Assembly (NCBI GenBank): GCA_024404505.1 | Contig: JAKSPU010000001.1 | Coordinates: forward strand, 8,375 to 72,374 | DNA from: Clostridia bacterium | Lineage (GTDB): Bacteria > Bacillota > Clostridia > Oscillospirales > CAG-272 | Reading direction: 5' to 3' | DNA: 64,000 nt | Shown here: positions 56,960-64,000 of the stretch, one piece after another | How the letters are laid out: each line of letters starts with the position of its first letter | Numbering within the stretch: position 1 is the first letter of the stretch | The notes under the pieces: generated by a model | The model's database searches: none | Seen by the model: only the letters and a program-made list of their open reading frames with translations | What the model was told of the DNA's origin: nothing | Program-made: the position numbers and the translations under genes

Positions 56960-57396
56960 GGATATTGGTCATCAACGGCCCCAATCTCAACCTTCTCGGT
57001 GTGCGGGAGCCGGATATATACGGTCGGGAGACCTACGCCGACCTGCTTGCGAAGATCCAAAAACACGCCGATGCACGCGGCGTAGAGGTCGATTTCGTGC
57101 AATCCAACCATGAGGGTGCGCTTGTGGATGCGATCCAGAGCGCGTTCGGAACGGCGGACGGCATCATCATCAACCCCGGTGCCTACACGCACACCAGCAT
57201 CGCGCTGCCCGACGCCGTGAAGGCGGTCGGCGTCCCGACGGTCGAGGTGCATATCTCCGATCCCGACACGCGCGAGCCGTTCCGGCGGATCAGCTATATC
57301 CGCGCGGCGTGCGCCGCGACGGTCAAGGGGCACGGCACCGACGGCTACTGCGAGGCGCTCGACATCCTGCTCAGCCTCTGGGAGGCGCGGGCATGA
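56956..57396 (+). CDS. aroQ: Type II 3-dehydroquinate dehydratase
   Basis: ATGA overlap with the upstream gene. ILVINGPNLNLLGVREPDIYG. Confidence 0.95.
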   Translation: MRILVINGPNLNLLGVREPDIYGRETYADLLAKIQKHADARGVEVDFVQSNHEGALVDAIQSAFGTADGIIINPGAYTHTSIALPDAVKAVGVPTVEVHISDPDTREPFRRISYIRAACAATVKGHGTDGYCEALDILLSLWEARA

Positions 57397-58622
57397 GGGC
57401 TGTCATCCGGCCCGGACAGGCGCACGGACGCGTAACGGTGCCCGGCTCCAAAAGCGCGGCACACCGGCTGCTGATCGGTGCGGCGCTGTCCGACGGCACG
57501 ACGGAGATCCTGTCCTGTCCGGACAACGAGGACACCGGCGCGACGGCGGATTGTCTCCGCGCGCTCGGTGCGTCCGTCATCCGCGTGGGAGATGCCGTTA
57601 CGGTGACAGGCATCGCGCCGGACGAATCCGGCGCGACACGCGTCCTTCCCTGCCGCGCGAGCGGCTCCACGCTGCGCTTCCTGCTCCCGCTTGCGCTGAC
57701 GGACGGCGTGCCGGCCTGCTTCACGGGTGTGCCGCGTCTGTTTGAACGTCCCCTGTCCGTCTACGAGGATATCTGCCGGACGAGAGGCATCCGCTGGGAG
57801 CGGAAGACAGACCGGCTGACTGTCTGCGGACGGCTGACAGCGGGCGGGTACGCGGTCCCCGGAGACGTCAGCAGCCAATTCATCACCGGTCTTTTGTTCG
57901 CGCTGCCCCGCCTTGAGGGTGACAGCCGCATCGTGCTGACCACGCCCTCGGAGAGCCGCCCGTATATCGACCTGTCGCTGGACGTGCTGGACGCCTTCGG
58001 CGTCCGCGTCCTCCGTCCGGACGAGAACACGTTCGTGATCCCCGGCGGACAGCGCTTTACAAGTCCCGGACGCGTCCGGGTGCCGGGCGACGAATCGGCG
58101 GCGGCCTTCTTCGGCGCGCTGAACGCGCTCGGAGGGTGCGTGACGATAGACGGTGCGGATCCCGGCAGCCGTCAGGGAGACCGCGTGTGGCGTCAGCTGC
58201 TCGGAGCGTGTGTCCGCGGCTGCCCGACGATATCGCTGCGCGACTGCCCTGACCTCGGGCCGATCCTCATGGTCGTCGGGGCGCTCATGCATGGCATCCG
58301 CCTGACCGACACATTACGACTCCGCCTCAAGGAGAGCGACCGCGGAGCAGTCATGGCCGCAGAGCTCCGCAAGTGCGGCGTTGACGTCCTCGTGTCGGAA
58401 AACGGGATCGTCGTCCCCGGCGGGCAGGTCACGCCTCCCCGCGGGACGCTGGACAGCCACGGTGATCACCGCGCGGCGATGGCGCTCGGCGTGCTTTGCA
58501 CGGTCACGGGCGGAACGGTCACGGGTGCGGAGTGCGTCGGCAAGAGTCTGCCGGAATTCTGGCGTATGCTGTCGGGTCTTGAGATCGGGGTCGGACTGCT
58601 GCCTGATGGCGTCGATTTGTAA
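57393..58622 (+). CDS. aroA: 3-phosphoshikimate 1-carboxyvinyltransferase (EPSP synthase)
   Basis: ATGA overlap with aroQ. VPGSKSAAHRLLI and DHRAAMA motifs. Confidence 0.9.
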   Translation: MRAVIRPGQAHGRVTVPGSKSAAHRLLIGAALSDGTTEILSCPDNEDTGATADCLRALGASVIRVGDAVTVTGIAPDESGATRVLPCRASGSTLRFLLPLALTDGVPACFTGVPRLFERPLSVYEDICRTRGIRWERKTDRLTVCGRLTAGGYAVPGDVSSQFITGLLFALPRLEGDSRIVLTTPSESRPYIDLSLDVLDAFGVRVLRPDENTFVIPGGQRFTSPGRVRVPGDESAAAFFGALNALGGCVTIDGADPGSRQGDRVWRQLLGACVRGCPTISLRDCPDLGPILMVVGALMHGIRLTDTLRLRLKESDRGAVMAAELRKCGVDVLVSENGIVVPGGQVTPPRGTLDSHGDHRAAMALGVLCTVTGGTVTGAECVGKSLPEFWRMLSGLEIGVGLLPDGVDL

Positions 58623-58693
58623 CGATTGGTTTAATTTGCTATTTTCTGTTGTTTCCGCGGGCTTTTCCGCGGAAGAAAGTCGGTATAAAGCCC

Positions 58694-59722
58694 ATGAATA
58701 TGAAATTCTATCGAAAGCTCCCGATCCCGCAGGACGTCAAGGCGCAGTACCCTGTGACACCGGCTATGGCCGCCGTCAAGGAGGCACGCGACCGTGCCAT
58801 CCGGCGCGTATTCACCGGAGAGGACGACCGCTTCATCCTTATCATCGGCCCCTGCTCCGCCGACCGGCGCGACTCCGTGCTGGAGTACCTCGGGAGGCTG
58901 CGTCCGGTTGCCGATGAAGTGAAGGACAAGATCATCGTCATCCCGCGGCTGTACACAAACAAGCCCCGGACGACCGGTGACGGATACAAGGGGATGCTGC
59001 ATCAGCCGGACCCGCAGAGTCATCCGGATATGCTCAAGGGCATCGTGGCGACGCGCGAGCTGCACATGGACGCGCTCCGCGACTACGGCTTCTCCTGCGC
59101 GGACGAGATGCTGTACCCGGACAACCACCGCTACCTCTCCGACCTTCTTTCCTACACGGCGGTCGGAGCGCGGTCCGTGGAAAACCAGCAGCACCGTCTG
59201 ACCGCCAGCGGTCTTGACATCCCGGTCGGCTTGAAGAATCCCACGGGCGGCGACCTGTCGGTCATGATGAACGCGATCACCGCCGCGCACCACCCGCACA
59301 CGTTCATTTACCGCGGCTGGGAGGTCGAATCGACGGGCAACCCGCTGTCCCACGCGATCCTGCGCGGATATCAGACGACGGACGGGCGCGTGGTATCCAA
59401 CTACCACTACGAGGACCTGCTCAAGGTCAACGAGCTGTACGAAAAGTCGGGTCTTGCCTGCCCTGCCGTCATCGTGGACACCAACCACGCCAACTCCGGC
59501 AAACGGTACGAGGAGCAGATCCGCATCGCGCACGACGTCATGCGGAGCCGCAAACAGAGTGACGCCATCCGCTGCCTTTGCAAGGGGCTGATGATCGAAA
59601 GTTACCTCGTCGACGGCTGCCAGCCTGTCGACGGCGGCGTGTTCGGTCAGTCCATCACCGACCCCTGCCTCGGCTGGGAGAAGACCGAGAAGCTGATTTT
59701 TGAGATCGCTGAAAGAGTATAA
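58694..59722 (+). CDS. aroG: 3-deoxy-7-phosphoheptulonate (DAHP) synthase, AroF/G/H-like
   Basis: IIGPCS and YTNKPRTTGDGYKGM motifs. The start is ambiguous between 58694 and 58700. Confidence 0.85.
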   Translation: MNMKFYRKLPIPQDVKAQYPVTPAMAAVKEARDRAIRRVFTGEDDRFILIIGPCSADRRDSVLEYLGRLRPVADEVKDKIIVIPRLYTNKPRTTGDGYKGMLHQPDPQSHPDMLKGIVATRELHMDALRDYGFSCADEMLYPDNHRYLSDLLSYTAVGARSVENQQHRLTASGLDIPVGLKNPTGGDLSVMMNAITAAHHPHTFIYRGWEVESTGNPLSHAILRGYQTTDGRVVSNYHYEDLLKVNELYEKSGLACPAVIVDTNHANSGKRYEEQIRIAHDVMRSRKQSDAIRCLCKGLMIESYLVDGCQPVDGGVFGQSITDPCLGWEKTEKLIFEIAERV

Positions 59723-59734
59723 TTTGGGATGCTT

Positions 59735-59810
59735 GCAGGACTCTGCCCTGCACCCGCTTAAGCCCTTCTTGAAAGAATGCCTTAAGAATCCCATGATCTT
59801 TAGAAAAAGG
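59735..59810 (+). repeat. Intergenic hairpin repeat family A, copy 3 (stem partly degraded)
   Basis: CTTAAGCCCTTC (59757-59768) / GAATGCCTTAAG (59775-59786), then AATCCCATGATCTTTAGAAAAAGG. Confidence 0.65.
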
Positions 59811-59892
59811 ATTTTTGACCAAAAAGCCGGACTCCTCCGCGGGCCCGGCTTTTCCATATTCTGTCCATAAAGTCTTTGCAGGATGGGGGCGC

Positions 59893-59930
59893 GGGGGAAG
59901 GGTGCTTTCTTCAGAAAGCACCCTTCCCCC
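59893..59930. repeat. Perfect 17-bp hairpin between convergent genes
   Basis: GGGGGAAGGGTGCTTTC, loop TTCA, GAAAGCACCCTTCCCCC. No flanking T-tract on either strand. Confidence 0.7.
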
Positions 59931-59947
59931 GCCAAAAGCAAATATTC

Positions 59948-60637
59948 TCAGTCCTGCGCCGCCGGATACTCATTGCAGAGCAGGCGGTAGGGGGCCTCGT
60001 CCTCCTCGATAGCCGGGAAACGGCCGGCGGGAGGATTGAAGCGGTTATCGGTATTATCGTCGTTGCACTGCGAGACCTCTCCGAGAAGCACGGCACCGGT
60101 ACCCTCCTCGACGGAGAAGTCGTGGTACATATACTGCTGGATGTGGATGGACTCGCCGGGCGTCAGCCGGACCTGCGTGCCTGCCGGCACCTGATAGGTG
60201 TGGCCGTCGGTGTGGACGGTGACGGGGTTCTCGTAGTCGATGCTCTCATCGGGCAGCGAGTTGTAGACGCGGATCAGAATGTTTCCGCCGCCGCGGTTGA
60301 TGATGTCCTCGGTCTTGTACCAATGGAAGTGGTTGAGCGCGTACTGACCCTCCTTGAGGTACAGCAGCTTCTCGGCGTACACCTTAGGGTACTTGTCGGG
60401 CATGGAGCGGTTGCCGTTGCGGATGGTGATGAGCGAGAAGCCGATCTTATCGAAGTCGCCGGAGCCGTAGTCGGTGATATCCCAGCCCAGCATACAATCG
60501 CGGACCTCGTCCCACTCGTGTCCCTTGGTCTGCCATTCCTCGGGGGTGAAATTGCAGAAGGGCGGCAGGTAGCACTTCTGCTCGGCGCACATAGCCTCAA
60601 GTTCCTTCAGAGCCTTATTGATCTCGGAGCGTTTCAT
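59948..60637 (-). CDS. D-lyxose/D-mannose-family sugar isomerase (cupin)
   Basis: Closely parallels the remembered D-lyxose isomerase sequence: LGWDITDYG, HFHWYKTEDIINRGGGN, GEVSQCNDDNTDNRF. Confidence 0.8.
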   Translation of the reverse strand: MKRSEINKALKELEAMCAEQKCYLPPFCNFTPEEWQTKGHEWDEVRDCMLGWDITDYGSGDFDKIGFSLITIRNGNRSMPDKYPKVYAEKLLYLKEGQYALNHFHWYKTEDIINRGGGNILIRVYNSLPDESIDYENPVTVHTDGHTYQVPAGTQVRLTPGESIHIQQYMYHDFSVEEGTGAVLLGEVSQCNDDNTDNRFNPPAGRFPAIEEDEAPYRLLCNEYPAAQD

Positions 60638-61902
60638 GCTTGTTTTTCCTCACTTTCGGTTTTTATATTTCGGGTATCCTTATTCTTATGAACGAGCCGG
60701 TTCGTGACCAGCACCACGACGATGCCGCAGAGCGGGAACAGCGCGGCGCACAGCATCCCGGCGCGGAAGCCGAGCTGCTCTGAGGTAAGCTCCGGGCCTA
60801 TCCACCGGCACAGACCGTTTTCGGCGACGAAGTCGGTCAGGCTGCCCACGAGCTGCGGACCGATCGATCCGCCGAGATCGCCTCCGGCAGCCAGCAGCGC
60901 GTATACGGCGACGCCGGTCGCGGGCAGCAGCTCGGATGTCCGGATCAGCGTTCCGGGCCAGAGCATGGACACGCAGAAGCCCGTCAGAGCGCAGGCCGCA
61001 AGTCCGACGACAGCGTTATGCGACAGCGCCGCGGTCAGGTAACAGACCACCGCACCCGCAAACCCGGCGAACAGCACGCGGTCGATGCGCTTCCCGTACC
61101 GGGCGTACAGGCTGCGGCCGAGTCCCAGCATGACGGCGAACAGTGCCGTGCCGCATACGTCGCCCCACAGCTTGTCAAGGCCGACCGCGGCTTCCAGATA
61201 GCCGGAGATCCATTGTGTCATGGTGTTTTCCGCCGCACCGCCGAGAAAGATGCACGCGACGCACAAGATCAGCAGCGGGTTGCGGAATATTCCGGCGGCG
61301 TTTTTGGCGTCGGACGCGGTATCCGGCGAGGGTATGTCAGCCATGGCAAACAGAACGGCGGCACACAGCGGGACCGCAGTCCAGAGAAGGGGAAGGATAT
61401 ACCATTTTTCATGGGATACCAGCTGCAGAAAGAGCGTATTGAGCAGGACGACGACCGCCACGCCCCACGCGTAGACGGAATGGAGGATGCTCATGTCCCG
61501 TTCGGGATCGTCCGACGGCAGTGCCGCGACCACGGGACTGATCAGCACCTCGGCCAGACCCGCCGACAGCGACGCGATCACGGTCCCGACAGCCAAGAAC
61601 AGGTACGCCAGCGACGGGAACAGCGGAGGCAGGATCGCATATACCAGCAGACCGGTGGCCGTGATGAGCGGCAGCAGGCGGACGGTCAGACGTACGTTGA
61701 ACAGGTGCGAGAAGAACGAGAATACAAGGTCGATGCCGAGCTGCGTGCAGAAATTGATCAGCACGAGCGTTCCAAGCAGCGTATAGGAGATGCCGTACAG
61801 CTCATGGAAGGTCAAAAACAGCATGGGGGACAGCACGGCAAACGCCGACATGGTCACGTTGACAGCGTAGCACGCCGGTCTGGTCAGCTTCTGATTTTTC
61901 AC
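60634..61902 (-). CDS. MFS transporter
   Basis: The stop overlaps the isomerase ATG (ATGA). The GTG at 61902 overlaps the tadA stop (GTGA); the ATG at 61851 is an alternative start. About 12 TM helices. Confidence 0.7.
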   Translation of the reverse strand: MKNQKLTRPACYAVNVTMSAFAVLSPMLFLTFHELYGISYTLLGTLVLINFCTQLGIDLVFSFFSHLFNVRLTVRLLPLITATGLLVYAILPPLFPSLAYLFLAVGTVIASLSAGLAEVLISPVVAALPSDDPERDMSILHSVYAWGVAVVVLLNTLFLQLVSHEKWYILPLLWTAVPLCAAVLFAMADIPSPDTASDAKNAAGIFRNPLLILCVACIFLGGAAENTMTQWISGYLEAAVGLDKLWGDVCGTALFAVMLGLGRSLYARYGKRIDRVLFAGFAGAVVCYLTAALSHNAVVGLAACALTGFCVSMLWPGTLIRTSELLPATGVAVYALLAAGGDLGGSIGPQLVGSLTDFVAENGLCRWIGPELTSEQLGFRAGMLCAALFPLCGIVVVLVTNRLVHKNKDTRNIKTESEEKQA

Positions 61903-62405
61903 AGGCCGCTCTCCTTTCCGTCGTCCGGTGCGCGGCGGCTGCGGAAGAAGTCCCGCAGGAGTGCGCGGCATTCCTCCTCGCGGCAGCCGTACTCCACGGT
62001 CACGGGGACCGTCTGCACGGGATGCCGGTGGATGGCCCAGACGCTGCCCATCGCGCCGGCGGCGGGGTCGCGCGTTCCGCAGACGACGCGGCTGACGCGT
62101 CCGCCGAGGATAGCGCCGGCGCACATGGGACACGGCTCCAGCGTGACGTACAGAGTACAGCCGGACAGCCGCCAGGAGCCGAGTGCGCGGCAGGCATCGG
62201 AAATGGCATTGATCTCGGCGTGGCCGAGAGCGGTCCGGTCGGCCTCGCGGGTATTGTGTCCCGCGGACAGGACCTCCCCGTTCCGCACCAGCACGGCGCC
62301 GACGGGAACGTCACCTGCAGCCGCGGCTTTTTCCGCCTCAGCCAGCGCAAGGTCCATGAAAGCAAGGTCCGCGGGATTGACGTTTTTGATATTGTTGTTG
62401 TCCAT
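61899..62405 (-). CDS. tadA: tRNA adenosine(34) deaminase
   Basis: HAEINAI and PCPMCAGAI deaminase zinc motifs. Confidence 0.9.
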   Translation of the reverse strand: MDNNNIKNVNPADLAFMDLALAEAEKAAAAGDVPVGAVLVRNGEVLSAGHNTREADRTALGHAEINAISDACRALGSWRLSGCTLYVTLEPCPMCAGAILGGRVSRVVCGTRDPAAGAMGSVWAIHRHPVQTVPVTVEYGCREEECRALLRDFFRSRRAPDDGKESGL

Positions 62406-62411
62406 GGCGTT

Positions 62412-63452
62412 TCACGAGAAGAGTCCCAGCAGAGAGTAGCCGAGCAGGGTCATGACGGTGACCGTGAGGCTCAGCGCGACGTATACGATCATGCCCGGCG
62501 CCCAGAAGGCACGGAAGGCGGTTCCCGCGTCCGGCTTTTCCGGGATCTCCGGATCCAGCCTTGCGGGCAGACGACCGAACAGTCCGCTCTGCGCGGGGGC
62601 GGGTGCAGTATCCCTGGGAGACTTCCGGCGGATCAGGACGACCAGCAGCAGCGCCGATCCGATGCCGAGCAGGATCACGACGGCGTCGGTCAGGTACAGG
62701 ATCGGATCGGCGGCATCGCCGAGGCGGGCGTACACCACGTCACCGATCACCGCGTACAGGTTGTTGAACAGGTGCAGGAACACGCTGCACCAAATGGAGC
62801 CGGTCAGCTCGTAGCACAGGGCCATGACCACCCCGGCGGAGAACGTGTAGAAGGTCTGGGCGGCGTTCTGGTGCATCAGGGCGAACAGGAGTGCGCTGAC
62901 GGTCAGGGCCAGCGGACGTCCGTAGCGGCGAAGGTTGCCGTAGATCACACCGCGGAACAAAAACTCCTCCGCGAAGGCGGGCGCGAGCGAGTCCAGCAGC
63001 ATGAGGGCCACCGCCGAGGCAGCCGGCATCCCGGTGTACGCCGGCACCATTTCTTCCACGATCCCGCCGATGCCGATCAGCTCAACGAACCAGAAGTTGA
63101 CGTTCGCCGTCACCGTGATGACGGCAAGGCCGGCGAAGATCAGAAGCGGGAAGTAAGCCGGCATGACGGGTGTGGTGCGGATCGGGGCGGGCTCCGGCGG
63201 CTTTTTCCGGGAGAAAACGTAGAACAGGCAGCCGGGCAGGATGAACAGCAGCAGGTATGCCGCCGCGTATATGAACGTCCGGAGCATATATCCCGGCACC
63301 GGAAGCAAAACCCGGTACAAAAAATCACCAAGCTCCTGCAGCGGCAGCCAGACCAGCTCCATAAGTCCGATCATGATGACGAGGCACCAGCCGATGCGGT
63401 TGAACATCCGGCGGCAGTTCGGTGCGGCTGTCGTTTTTCTGTTTGTACTCAT
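62412..63452 (-). CDS. CPBP-family intramembrane glutamic endopeptidase
   Basis: ATG after GGGGGAG. EEFLFRG and FALMH motifs, multiple TM helices. Confidence 0.8.
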   Translation of the reverse strand: MSTNRKTTAAPNCRRMFNRIGWCLVIMIGLMELVWLPLQELGDFLYRVLLPVPGYMLRTFIYAAAYLLLFILPGCLFYVFSRKKPPEPAPIRTTPVMPAYFPLLIFAGLAVITVTANVNFWFVELIGIGGIVEEMVPAYTGMPAASAVALMLLDSLAPAFAEEFLFRGVIYGNLRRYGRPLALTVSALLFALMHQNAAQTFYTFSAGVVMALCYELTGSIWCSVFLHLFNNLYAVIGDVVYARLGDAADPILYLTDAVVILLGIGSALLLVVLIRRKSPRDTAPAPAQSGLFGRLPARLDPEIPEKPDAGTAFRAFWAPGMIVYVALSLTVTVMTLLGYSLLGLFS

Positions 63453-63595
63453 ATATCCGTCTCCCCCGGCTTGCAGCCGGCAACATACTTACTCAATGGT
63501 ATATTATAGCAGAATCCGGTGCGTTTGTCAACAGGAACTGCGAACAAGCGGAGCTTTTGCCGCGCCTTCAGGGCGTATCCTCGCACTTTGCGCGC

Positions 63596-63665
63596 GGGAG
63601 GGGGAAAACTATATTCCTTTCACCGAGGAGAGGGGGCGCTGCGGCGCTCGGTCTCCTCGTCCCCG
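63596..63665 (+). repeat. Possible degenerate family B repeat
   Basis: GGGAGGGGGAAAACTATATTCCTTTCAC followed by the hairpin CGAGGAGA ... TCTCCTCG. Confidence 0.35.
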
Positions 63666-63715
63666 GGGAGCCGAGCGCGGATCTCCGCCACTTTTTCCCG
63701 TTTCGCCGAAAAGGC

Positions 63716-63744
63716 TTGACAAACGACGACTTTTCTGTTATAAT
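63716..63744 (+). promoter_or_regulatory. Sigma-A promoter
   Basis: TTGACA (63716-63721), 17-nt spacer, TATAAT (63739-63744). Confidence 0.7.
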
Positions 63745-63837
63745 GATTTTGAATATACCCTTGAAAAGAGGGTATGAATCCAAGTGCAGAAAGGGCTTCG
63801 GCCCGAATCTATCTGAAAAAAGGAGTTGAAAGTCCTC

Positions 63838-64000
63838 ATGGACGAAGGCAGTATACGACTGATCCTCATATTTGCAGTCCTTGTACTGTTCAGCGCCCTG
63901 TTCTCCTGTATGGAGAGCGCAATTTCTCTTATCAATAAGATCCGCGTCCGTCAGAGAGCGGAGGACGGCGATAAGCGTGCCAAATCCGCGCTGTACGTCG
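63838..64000 (+). CDS. CNNM/DUF21-family (HlyC/CorC-like) membrane protein, 5' fragment running off the window
   Basis: My own translation: MDEGSIRLILIFAVLVLFSALFSCMESAISLINKIRVRQRAEDGDKRAKSALYV. ATG after AAAAAGGAG. This is a typical DUF21 N-terminus. Confidence 0.7.
   Translation, partial: MDEGSIRLILIFAVLVLFSALFSCMESAISLINKIRVRQRAEDGDKRAKSALYV

Overview
GC-rich (about 60% by eye) chromosomal window. It looks like a spore-forming, cellulosome-type Clostridia genome: SpoIIID, a dockerin module, a CIRCE operator, Gram-positive lipoboxes, AGGAGG ribosome-binding sites and near-consensus sigma-A promoters. I support about 45 CDS and found no rRNA, tRNA, CRISPR array, IS element or prophage. All family calls come from motifs read by eye and remembered; no searches were run.

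Gene content in order:
- ABC ATPase plus an odd permease.
- A leaderless beta-helix protein and an NlpC/P60-like lipoprotein.
- An ECF-type sigma factor and an anti-sigma-like gene.
- A five-gene minus-strand operon: TerB-N/TerB-C protein, DUF2791/BrxD-like ATPase, GH39-like hydrolase, CE4 deacetylase, Lhr/BrxHI-like helicase.
- mgtE and a NUDIX hydrolase.
- A 2190-aa lipoprotein made of 31 full and 3 short tandem His/Cys3 modules plus BspA-type LRR cassettes, next to an LRR-dockerin paralogue.
- CIRCE followed by clpB.
- An oppABCDF-like operon in which every subunit is oversized.
- An rlmB-like methyltransferase and spoIIID.
- A CE4 deacetylase plus an esterase, then YesL-like and EamA membrane proteins.
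- A 1243-aa surface protein with a membrane hairpin and lipobox in its middle.
- A complete shikimate/Phe operon: pheA-aroB-aroC-aroE/K-aroQ-aroA-aroG.
- A CPBP protease-tadA-MFS-lyxose isomerase operon.
- The 5' end of a CNNM/DUF21 gene.

Best candidate for an undescribed system: the TerB-N/C + BrxD-like + Lhr-like operon, which has no BREX core genes and carries two carbohydrate-active genes inside it. Next in interest are the giant His/Cys3-repeat lipoprotein, the expanded Opp transporter, the centrally anchored surface protein, and two dispersed intergenic hairpin repeat families with compensatory stem changes.
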